DNA of 64,000 bases from Bacillales bacterium. Lineage in GTDB: Bacteria; Bacillota; Bacilli; Paenibacillales; CANHCR01. Each line of letters opens with the position of its first letter. The stretch's first letter is position 1. The stretch covers positions 143,421 through 207,420 of the forward strand of contig CANHCR010000001.1 of NCBI GenBank assembly GCA_947459205.1. The letters are read 5' to 3'. The notes beneath the pieces are model-generated. The model worked only from the letters and a program-made list of their open reading frames with translations, did not search any database and was not told where the DNA came from. Position numbers and translations under genes: made by a program. Positions 37,321 through 44,633 of the stretch are shown piece after piece.

Positions 37321-38076
37321 ATGAATGATTACATTAATCTACACGACGTCAATCTTTTTTACGGTACAAATCAAGCATTAAAAGATGTCAAACTGCAAGC
37401 AGCCAAACATGAAATTACCGCTTTTATCGGTCCGTCAGGGTGTGGCAAGTCTACCTTGTTGCGTTGTTTGAATCGGATGAATGATCTCATTCCCAATGTC
37501 AAAATTACCGGTGAAATTTCAGTGGCTGGAGAGTCGCTCTATGGGGCGAATACGGATGTAGAATCACTCCGCAAAAACATAGGCATGGTTTTTCAGGCTC
37601 CGAATCCGTTTATGATGTCCATTTATGATAACATCGCATTCGGACCGCGCCGATTTGGTGTAAAGTCTAAGGCCATTCTCGATGAAATTGTCGAAAAAAG
37701 TTTGCGCGCGGCCGTTTTATGGGATGAAGTGAAAGATCAATTGAAAAAATCTGGTCTTAGTTTATCCGGGGGACAACAACAACGTTTGTGTATCGCACGT
37801 GCACTGTCCGTTGAACCTGATGTTTTGTTGATGGACGAGGCGACCGCTTCCTTGGATCCGATTTCGACGATGAAAATCGAAGAACTGGTGCAACAACTGA
37901 AAAAGGATTACACAATCGTCATGGTGACACACAATATGCAACAAGCTGCACGCGTTTCGGACAAGACTTGTTTCTTTTTGAACGGCGAAGTGATTGAAAG
38001 TGCACCGACCAAAACTTTGTTTAATAATCCTGAGGATAAAAGAACAGAAGATTATATTACCGGTCGATTTGGATAA
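37321..38076 (+). CDS. pstB: Phosphate ABC transporter ATP-binding protein PstB (paralogue 2, in the transporter operon)
   Basis: The motifs are Walker [10 protein letters not shown], signature [13 protein letters not shown], Walker [12 protein letters not shown] and [10 protein letters not shown]. Confidence 0.95.
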   Translation: MNDYINLHDVNLFYGTNQALKDVKLQAAKHEITAFIGPSGCGKSTLLRCLNRMNDLIPNVKITGEISVAGESLYGANTDVESLRKNIGMVFQAPNPFMMSIYDNIAFGPRRFGVKSKAILDEIVEKSLRAAVLWDEVKDQLKKSGLSLSGGQQQRLCIARALSVEPDVLLMDEATASLDPISTMKIEELVQQLKKDYTIVMVTHNMQQAARVSDKTCFFLNGEVIESAPTKTLFNNPEDKRTEDYITGRFG

Positions 38077-38095
38077 TTCTTTTGATCGTTTTCTT

Positions 38096-38131
38096 AAAAA
38101 AACTCCTTCAAAAATGAAGGAGTTTTTTTTC
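38096..38131 (+). terminator. Rho-independent terminator of the pst operon
   Basis: AAAAA-AACTCCTTCA-aaaa-TGAAGGAGTT-TTTTTTT. Confidence 0.9.
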
Positions 38132-38283
38132 GCCTAAAAATTTGCACACAACAATCATTTTTACAATTATTTTTCTTTTTTTTCATTTCCAAAACAATAT
38201 CATCTTCTTCAACACGTTTATGGCTATTTTACTACGGATAAAATGTAAAATATCGAATTACAGCTTAAAAAGAAAACAAAAGA

Positions 38284-38337
38284 TTAATTCATTTTTTACA
38301 CAACTTTGAATACATTTTTTTTACTAGATTTTAAAAT
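38284..38337 (+). promoter_or_regulatory. PhoP-box-like promoter of the stalk/propeller-pstS2 operon, inside a very AT-rich 245-bp intergenic region
   Basis: Hexamers TTAATT (38284), TTTACA (38295), TTGAAT (38306) and a weak TTTTTT (38317) sit at 11-bp phase. The -10 TAAAAT is at 38332-38337. Confidence 0.45.
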
Positions 38338-38374
38338 ATAAAAGCAAGTAAAAAAATATAAGGAGTGGTTAGAA

Positions 38375-39997
38375 ATGATTACAATCAGTAAAACAAAAGT
38401 TACTTCAGTTGTGCTTGCAGCTTCGATGCTGTTTTCCGCTCAGCTAGGAGTGACAAGCGCCGTTGCGTCATCACCAGCTTCAATCAGTAATGTAAGCACA
38501 CCTAAAGCACCGGTCGTAACATCACAGACAATATCGCTTAATGGTTCAAACACGTCTGTTGATTTTCGAACGCAAGCCTTCTCTGGTGCAACTCCGGCAA
38601 ACCCTGCAACACCTGAAGTTCCTAGAACAAACGTACTTGTTCACAGGCTGTCACAAATCGCTGCAGCGATTAATGCGACAGTAACACCTAGACCGGTATT
38701 CACTGAAATTGTTAGAGGAAGACCGACTCCAGTAAAAGTAGATGCATCCAACAGAACGTTTAAAGTTGATGTAAATGGTAACACATATTGGATTACACAA
38801 AACAGTCCGATTGCTCGTGTTGGCGCAGCATCAAGCACTGCTCAATATAGTGCATTACGAACTGTGACTTTGGATAGAGCGCCGGTCGTCATTTCGGGTA
38901 ACTTGCATGTTCAAATTGACAATTTCTTTTCGTTGATCGGCGGCGAATCAATTATTGTCGGTAACACAAAAGAATTTTCCTCTTTTAAATTGCTCACTGA
39001 TGTTCTTGATCAAAAATTATTGAATGCAAATACTAGTTTGATTGTAAAAGGAACTGAGAACAATAACGAGTATTACACAGTAAGTAATGCATCACGTGTG
39101 GCAACGAAACTGAACGGTATTACCGTTGATGCTTCCGAACTCTTACCTTCGCCAGACGGCACGAAAGTTGCATACCTTGACGAAAATGGGAAAGTTTTTG
39201 TTTACACATTTGGACCGAATGGTAACGGCACAGAAGTTGAGGTTAGCTCTAACACGACCGAAAAAGTTGAACTTGAGTGGACTGATAACAACACGTTGTA
39301 TTTCATTATGGGTGAAAGACAAAACATTATCGCCAGAGTCAATGTGTCAACAGGAACGATTACAAACGTTGTAAATGACAATATTAACTACAAGTCGCAA
39401 TTGAATGTTACTTCTGACGGTACGAAAATGTCCTACCTTGTTTCTGTACCTGCTGTAACGACTGCAAACACAACGGGATTGCAGCCAGACTCAGATAACA
39501 TTGAATTTGATGTAACGGTGAATACAAACGGCACGGAACCACAATTGTATGTATTTGACTCGACTGCTCAAAATCCTGCGCCTGCAAAATTGACAAGCAG
39601 CGTAGATAACAAAACATTTACAACAGCATTTGCAGACGGCACATCGGTATTCTTGAGCACAGATACTTCTGATGATGAGTCGTTGCCGACACTTTCAATC
39701 GTAAAAGGTACTAACCTTAGAACGCTTGTATTGGCAAATGTTGAGATCGTTAACTATACGCAACTTGGCGACAAACTCATCGTTCAAGGAACGTATGCTG
39801 AACCAGGTTCAACTGTTAGCAAAGATTTCATCTATGAAATTGACACTTTCAAAAATAGAGCAAAAACTTTGTTTGAAATTCCTGCTGATGCAATGGATAT
39901 TTCAATCGGTGCCACTTCCTCGCAAATCAGCTACATTACTGAAACCGGAAAGACTTTTGTACGCAAAGGTAACTCCTGGTTCCAATTGACTAACTAA
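38375..39997 (+). CDS. Secreted protein X2: a paralogue of X1 with a diverged stalk-like N-terminal region and a PD40/TolB-like beta-propeller region. Function unknown.
   Basis: The signal peptide is ...MLFSAQLGVTSAVA/SS. Motifs shared with X1 are SFKLL, SPDGTKVAYLDENGKVFVY, VELEWTDNNTLYFIMGERQN, FDVTVNTNGTEPQLY, GDKLIVQG and GKTFVRKGNSWFQL. An AGGAG RBS is present. Confidence 0.8.
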   Translation: MITISKTKVTSVVLAASMLFSAQLGVTSAVASSPASISNVSTPKAPVVTSQTISLNGSNTSVDFRTQAFSGATPANPATPEVPRTNVLVHRLSQIAAAINATVTPRPVFTEIVRGRPTPVKVDASNRTFKVDVNGNTYWITQNSPIARVGAASSTAQYSALRTVTLDRAPVVISGNLHVQIDNFFSLIGGESIIVGNTKEFSSFKLLTDVLDQKLLNANTSLIVKGTENNNEYYTVSNASRVATKLNGITVDASELLPSPDGTKVAYLDENGKVFVYTFGPNGNGTEVEVSSNTTEKVELEWTDNNTLYFIMGERQNIIARVNVSTGTITNVVNDNINYKSQLNVTSDGTKMSYLVSVPAVTTANTTGLQPDSDNIEFDVTVNTNGTEPQLYVFDSTAQNPAPAKLTSSVDNKTFTTAFADGTSVFLSTDTSDDESLPTLSIVKGTNLRTLVLANVEIVNYTQLGDKLIVQGTYAEPGSTVSKDFIYEIDTFKNRAKTLFEIPADAMDISIGATSSQISYITETGKTFVRKGNSWFQLTN

Positions 39998-40029
39998 TAT
40001 AAACCATACTAGATTAAGGAGAGATAAAA

Positions 40030-40875
40030 ATGAAAAAAATCGGTCTCATTTCATTAGCTGTTGCGCTATTCCTATCGATGTTTGCAATGGGCGCACAAGC
40101 AGCAAGTCGTACAGGAAATCTTACAATTACAGGTTCGTCCGCATTACTTCCGTTGATGTTACAAGCGAAGAAAGAATTCAACAAATCAAATCCGCGTGTT
40201 AAAATCGCTGTGTCCGGTATTTCTTCGATCGTTGGTCCGCAAGCAGTCAAAAGAGGCACTGCTCAAATCGGAACTTGCGACTGGGATGCTTCCACTAGCG
40301 TACCTGGATTCAAAGCTTTTCCAGGACAAGTTGCTCATAAAGTTGCTGCGATTCCATTCGCGTTTGTCGTTCATAAAGATAACCCAGTTAACAATATTAC
40401 TCAACAACAAGCAATTGGAATTTACAGAGGCGAAATTACTAACTGGTCACAACTTGGCGGTAACAATGCTCCAATCGTAGTAAATAATCGTTCATTTGGT
40501 TCGGGAACACGCGTTAACGTCATTGCTAAAGGATTGAACGGTGCAACTGGTCTTCTATCTTCAGGTACAAACTACGTTGAAAGAGCATCATCCGGTGCAA
40601 TGAAAACAGGTGTAGAAAGCAACGTAAATGCAATTGGTTACATCGATTTGGTATACGTTACAGGTAACCTTAAGGCGCTTTCCTTCAATGGTGTAGTTGC
40701 GTCGCCAAGAAACGTGATCAACAAAACTTACCCAATCTGGGCTTTCGGTTACATGATGACACAAGGTCAACCTACAGGAACGACGAAAGCATTTATCGAC
40801 TATGTACAAAGCAAAAAGTTCCAAAACGGTTCTGTTAAATCATTGAAATTCATTCCAATTGCTGCTATTAAGTAA
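40030..40875 (+). CDS. pstS: Phosphate-binding protein PstS (paralogue 2), no lipobox and no adjacent permease genes
   Basis: By eye it is roughly 70% identical to PstS1 over its full length. The N-terminus is MKKIGLISLAVALFLSMFAMGAQA/ASR. An AAGGAGAG RBS is present. It starts 32 nt after the X2 stop. Confidence 0.85.
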   Translation: MKKIGLISLAVALFLSMFAMGAQAASRTGNLTITGSSALLPLMLQAKKEFNKSNPRVKIAVSGISSIVGPQAVKRGTAQIGTCDWDASTSVPGFKAFPGQVAHKVAAIPFAFVVHKDNPVNNITQQQAIGIYRGEITNWSQLGGNNAPIVVNNRSFGSGTRVNVIAKGLNGATGLLSSGTNYVERASSGAMKTGVESNVNAIGYIDLVYVTGNLKALSFNGVVASPRNVINKTYPIWAFGYMMTQGQPTGTTKAFIDYVQSKKFQNGSVKSLKFIPIAAIK

Positions 40876-40918
40876 TTGAAATAAATAATATTTCTGAGTC
40901 TCAAATTATGTACTGCAA

Positions 40919-40970
40919 CCCACTTGGTGGACACTTTTAAAAAGTGTCTGATAAGTGGGTTTTTGTGTTT
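40919..40970 (+). terminator. Rho-independent terminator after pstS2
   Basis: CCCACTTggtgGACACTTTT-aaaa-AGTGTCtgatAAGTGGG followed by TTTTTGTGTTTT. Confidence 0.8.
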
Positions 40971-41003
40971 TAATGAAAATAACAGAATTGAAACGGTGGA
41001 GAA

Positions 41004-41386
41004 TCACCCATACACGGTATAGAGAATAGCTAAGCTTGTCTCACCAAAGGTGTTGGAGAACGGAATGTCCTTACGAAGAGCGCTGAACTTTATGAACATT
41101 TGATTCGGGAAATAGGTTTTGTCACGCACGATGTTCTGCATGAGATAGAAGCGCGTGCGCGTCAGATGCTGCAAAGCGAAAAAGTGTACCGTATCTTTCA
41201 TGGCATAAGGAAGTCGTCCGAAACGCAGGTGGTCTACAATGATCCAGGCATCTGCGCGGTCGTTTTTGGGAAGAGAGTCATCCCCCTTCTTGAAACGAGC
41301 GACTTTTCTTGCATTCAAGACTGACGATCGTTGGAAATATGGTGAGAACGCAAACTAACGTCGATTCCAACCAACATTTGCGACAT
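41004..41386 (-). pseudogene. IS110-family (DEDD-type) recombinase pseudogene with an internal deletion/frameshift and a C-terminal truncation
   Basis: On the minus strand, AGGGAGGTGAACCT-ATG opens MSQMLVGIDVSLRSHH..., the typical IS110 N-terminus (VGIDVS...H). That frame stops after 23 codons. A second frame encodes NARKVARFKK....PKNDRADAWIIVDHLRFGRLP......FFALQHLTRTRFYLMQ..., matching the IS110 region around KTDKIDA...LR.LTR.R..L. The ~60 residues between the two pieces are absent, and so is the whole C-terminal Transposase_20-type half. Confidence 0.8.
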
Positions 41387-41711
41387 AGGTTCACCTCCCT
41401 GGGTGCCCGTGAGATCCGCCAACAGCAGCCTTGTCATCAGCACTCATTCGAAGACCATGACAATTTCGGGCGCTACCCCCACGGAAATTGGCGGTGCAAC
41501 TAGCGGTTAGAAAATGGACTGAGGATCTAGGGTAGCAGTCTTTTCAAAGCAGTGCCGGAAGGTCCGCAAGGAGTGATAGAAATATCCTGAGAACAGCATG
41601 TCAATCCCGTTGTCCCACGGGCAGGTCTAAGAGTCCAACTGGATATTGGAACAATACAAGCTTTAAAAACTAATATACGAGGAAAATGAAAAATGAGATG
41701 TTGATCAATTG
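41004..41711 (-). mobile_element. Decayed IS110-family insertion sequence: a structured 5' non-coding leader plus a recombinase pseudogene, with the 3' part missing
   Basis: See the pseudogene entry. About 325 nt of non-coding, stem-rich sequence lies between the recombinase start (41386) and the PAP2 terminator (41712). The element ends themselves are not identifiable. Confidence 0.7.
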
Positions 41712-41759
41712 AAAATAAAATGAAACGACCTCAGTCCGAAGGTATTTCGGACCAAGGTC
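41712..41759 (-). terminator. Rho-independent terminator of the PAP2 gene (minus strand)
   Basis: On the minus strand the hairpin is GACCTTGGTCCGAA-atac-CTTCGGACTGAGGTC, followed by GTTTCATTTTATTTT. Confidence 0.8.
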
Positions 41760-41794
41760 GCAATAGTTTACATCATAATAATTTGTCTTATCTT

Positions 41795-42301
41795 TTAAAT
41801 TATGAATACTGATATAGTACTGATTGTCCCAATTAAAGCACCAATGACTACATCTGTCGGGTAATGAAATCCAAGGTAAATTCGTGAAAAACCGACCAAC
41901 AATGCGATACTCAAGAAAACGGGTAACAGTACAGGGATTAAAAATGTCATAACGGTTGCCAAGGTAAACGCAGCGTTTGTATGTCCTGATGGGAACGAGT
42001 AGTCTCGTAACGGTATGCCACATAGCACGATCTGTTCGTTACGGTCGTAAGGTCGAAGACGTGGCACACATTTTTTTATGATTTGGACGATGCAATGACT
42101 GACCACAAGTGCCAGTGCACCGCGAATGTCGAATCGTGTCACCATCGTAATGAGAAACATCGACAACACTGCAAACCAGGCATCTCCTAGGTGAGTTGCT
42201 TTTGACAGCCATTTTTCAAGCGTGCGATTTCGCCAGTTTAAAAATATATATAAAGCGGCGCGCTGATCGTTCGCACTGAACCATTGAACCAGTTTGCGCA
42301 T
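41795..42301 (-). CDS. PAP2-family (type 2 phosphatidic acid / undecaprenyl-pyrophosphate phosphatase-like) membrane phosphatase
   Basis: The PAP2 motifs are KK..PR.RP, SFPSGHT and SRIYLGFHYPTDV. The start is uncertain. ATG 42301 (MRKLVQW) has AAGGGGTGG 6 nt upstream. The track start at 42355 has no RBS and abuts the TTAACA repeats. Confidence 0.8.
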   Translation of the reverse strand: MRKLVQWFSANDQRAALYIFLNWRNRTLEKWLSKATHLGDAWFAVLSMFLITMVTRFDIRGALALVVSHCIVQIIKKCVPRLRPYDRNEQIVLCGIPLRDYSFPSGHTNAAFTLATVMTFLIPVLLPVFLSIALLVGFSRIYLGFHYPTDVVIGALIGTISTISVFII

Positions 42302-42360
42302 AGCTTTCCACCCCTTCATAGTTAATTTATCATACGGATTTGCGTGGTTGTTCATGACAC

Positions 42361-42388
42361 TGTTAAATGACTGTTAAATGTGCGTCAA
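42361..42388 (-). promoter_or_regulatory. Pho-box-like array in the PAP2/ruvC divergent region (read on the minus strand)
   Basis: The minus strand reads TTGACG-caca-tTTAACA-gtca-tTTAACA. The hexamers begin at 42388, 42377 and 42366, in 11-bp phase. On the plus strand this is an exact tandem 11-mer, ACTGTTAAATG x2 (42359-42380). Confidence 0.45.
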
Positions 42389-42413
42389 TTTTATCGCTGT
42401 ACATCTGTTTTTT

Positions 42414-42422
42414 TGATATAAT
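42414..42422 (+). promoter_or_regulatory. Extended -10 element (TGaTATAAT), a candidate sigma-A promoter of ruvCAB
   Basis: TGATATAAT lies at 42414-42422, about 45 nt upstream of the ruvC start. No good -35 hexamer is present. Confidence 0.45.
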
Positions 42423-42466
42423 GCAACTAGAAAGACAAATATATGTTCGCCTTTGGAGGGGTAATC

Positions 42467-42970
42467 ATGCGCGTTTTGGGAATCGATCCCGGCGTAGCGA
42501 TTGTTGGGTTCGGCGTCGTCGATTTTGTCGCTCAAAAACTGACGCCAGTGCAGTATGGTTGCATTACGACCGAAGCTCACACTGACAGTGCTTTACGCCT
42601 TCAGCAAATCTATCATACGACGTTGCAGCTAATCGATCGCTACCAACCAGCGGTGATGGCAATTGAGAAGTTGTTTTTTAATCGGAACGTGACGACAGCC
42701 TTATCGGTCGGACAAGCGCGTGGCGTGCTGATGCTGGCGGCGATGGAGCGCGGACTGGAGATTGCGGAGTATACGCCGCTACAGGTGAAGCAGTCGATTG
42801 CCGGCTATGGCAAAGCGGATAAAAAACAAGTGCAAGAAATGGTGCGGATGTTTCTACGTCTCAAGGAAATACCGAAACCGGACGATGCGGCGGATGCGTT
42901 GGCGATTGCGATTTGCCACTCACACAGTGCGACGTTGAACTCCAAATTGAATGAGGTGCGCAAACAATGA
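42467..42970 (+). CDS. ruvC: Holliday junction resolvase RuvC
   Basis: The N-terminus is MRVLGIDPG....G.GV.D, the typical RuvC catalytic Asp region. The C-terminal motif DAADALAIAICH is present. A GGAGGGG RBS lies 6 nt upstream of ATG 42467. Confidence 0.9.
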   Translation: MRVLGIDPGVAIVGFGVVDFVAQKLTPVQYGCITTEAHTDSALRLQQIYHTTLQLIDRYQPAVMAIEKLFFNRNVTTALSVGQARGVLMLAAMERGLEIAEYTPLQVKQSIAGYGKADKKQVQEMVRMFLRLKEIPKPDDAADALAIAICHSHSATLNSKLNEVRKQ

Positions 42971-43590
42971 TTGAATTTCTGCGCGGACAGATTGCTTATG
43001 CGGAAGCGGATTATGCGGTCATCGATGTGAACGGGGTCGGCTACCAAGTGTACTGCGCCAATCCGTATCGCTTTGCGGCGACTGACGAGGTGACGATTTA
43101 TACGCATCACCATGTGCGAGAGGATGCGGTGGCCTTGTACGGCTTTGCGACTCGTGACGAATTGCAACTATTTCGCCAACTGCTTGAGGTGTCAGGCATC
43201 GGGCCGAAAGTGGCGCTCGGCATATTGGCAGGCGGCAGTCCTAGCGATGTGCTGCTTGCGATTCAACAGGAAAATCTGACCTTCTTGACGCGTCTGCCGG
43301 GGATTGGCAAAAAGACGGCGCAACGGATGATTTTGGACTTAAAGGATCGCACCAAATCGATGATTGGTGCGTGGGAAGGTGGTTCGGTGGTGCTCGATAC
43401 CGCGGGAACTTCGGCGCTCACTGGGAGTACGGGTGGGGCTTGGGCAGAAGCGAAGGAAGCGCTCCGCAATCTCGGTTATTCCGAGCAGGAGTTGTCACGC
43501 GCTTGGGGCGTGTTGAAGGAGCGGGTTCAAGACGATGACTCGACAGATGTGATATTGAAGAAAGCTTTGCAAATTTTGTATCTAACGTAA
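42967..43590 (+). CDS. ruvA: Holliday junction branch migration complex subunit RuvA
   Basis: The N-terminus is MIEFLRG.I.......V.IDVNGVGY.V. HhH motifs GIGPK.A and LPGIGKKTA are present. It is coupled to ruvC by ATGA overlap. Confidence 0.95.
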   Translation: MIEFLRGQIAYAEADYAVIDVNGVGYQVYCANPYRFAATDEVTIYTHHHVREDAVALYGFATRDELQLFRQLLEVSGIGPKVALGILAGGSPSDVLLAIQQENLTFLTRLPGIGKKTAQRMILDLKDRTKSMIGAWEGGSVVLDTAGTSALTGSTGGAWAEAKEALRNLGYSEQELSRAWGVLKERVQDDDSTDVILKKALQILYLT

Positions 43591-43610
43591 CATGTGAGGG
43601 GGCTTGAACG

Positions 43611-44633
43611 ATGGAAGATCGACTGATTTCTGCGCAGTTGATGATGGAAGACCAGGTGATGGAGCTCAGTTTGCGTCCCCGTTACCTCGCTGAATATATT
43701 GGCCAGCAGCAGGCGAAAGACAATTTGACGATTTTTATCGAGGCCGCCAAACAACGCAAAGAAGCGCTTGATCACGTGCTCTTGTATGGCCCGCCAGGGC
43801 TGGGCAAGACAACGCTTTCGAATATCATTGCGAATGAACTTGGCGTCAATTTGCGCACAACATCGGGGCCAGCGATTGAGCGCCCTGGTGACTTGGCGGC
43901 GTTGCTGACGAATTTACAAGCTGGCGATGTGCTGTTTATCGATGAAATTCATCGCTTGCATCGAACCGTTGAGGAAGTGCTCTACCCAGCAATGGAAGAC
44001 TACGCGCTCGACATTATTATCGGCAAGGGACCAAGTGCGCGTTCAGTCCGACTTGATTTGCCTCCGTTCACCTTGATTGGCGCGACAACGCGTGCTGGCA
44101 TGTTATCCTCACCGCTGCGTGATCGCTTTGGAGTTGTGTGCCGACTTGAATTTTATACGGTCGAAGAGTTGACGACGATCGTCATGCGTGCAGCCGATAT
44201 TTTGAATGTGCAAATGTTGGGTGATGCTGCGGAAGAAATCGGCAAACGTTCGCGCGGTACGCCGCGAATTGCCAATCGTCTGTTGAAAAGGGTGCGCGAT
44301 TTCGCTCAGGTGAAAGGCGATGGCATTGTCACGCTCGAGATTGCACGCAAGGCGCTCGAAATGATGCAGGTCGATGCGCTTGGCCTTGATTTTATCGATC
44401 ACAAAATGCTGCGGGCGATTATCACCAACTTTCGCGGCGGACCGGTCGGTTTGGATACGATTGCGGCCACGATTGGTGAAGAGAGCCAGACGATTGAAGA
44501 TGTGTATGAGCCTTATTTGCTGCAGATTGGATTTTTGCAGCGAACACCGCGCGGGCGAATGGTGACTGCGGCCGCTTATCGCCATCTCGGCATGACGCCG
44601 CCGAAAACGAACGAACAGGGGGACTTGTATTGA
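43611..44633 (+). CDS. ruvB: Holliday junction DNA helicase RuvB
   Basis: The motifs are LRP..L.EYIGQ, Walker [10 protein letters not shown], Walker B LFIDEIHR and the sensor region GATTR.G.L..PLRDRFG. Confidence 0.97.
   Translation: MEDRLISAQLMMEDQVMELSLRPRYLAEYIGQQQAKDNLTIFIEAAKQRKEALDHVLLYGPPGLGKTTLSNIIANELGVNLRTTSGPAIERPGDLAALLTNLQAGDVLFIDEIHRLHRTVEEVLYPAMEDYALDIIIGKGPSARSVRLDLPPFTLIGATTRAGMLSSPLRDRFGVVCRLEFYTVEELTTIVMRAADILNVQMLGDAAEEIGKRSRGTPRIANRLLKRVRDFAQVKGDGIVTLEIARKALEMMQVDALGLDFIDHKMLRAIITNFRGGPVGLDTIAATIGEESQTIEDVYEPYLLQIGFLQRTPRGRMVTAAAYRHLGMTPPKTNEQGDLY

Noticed and set aside
41309-41503. A 64-aa plus-strand ORF across the IS110 leader, and a 117-aa minus-strand ORF (41670-42023) overlapping the PAP2 3' end.
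   Set aside because: Neither has an RBS, and both have odd composition. The first is antisense to the IS110 RBS, start and leader. The second is out of frame within the PAP2 gene and crosses its terminator.
41401-41660. I considered whether the structured non-coding segment is a riboswitch, a group II intron fragment, or a leader for the PAP2 gene.
   Set aside because: It lies downstream of the PAP2 terminator, so it is not that gene's leader. It lacks the GUGYG 5' end and any domain V-like motif of group II introns. It is contiguous with the IS110 recombinase RBS and start on the same strand, so an IS110 leader is the simpler explanation.
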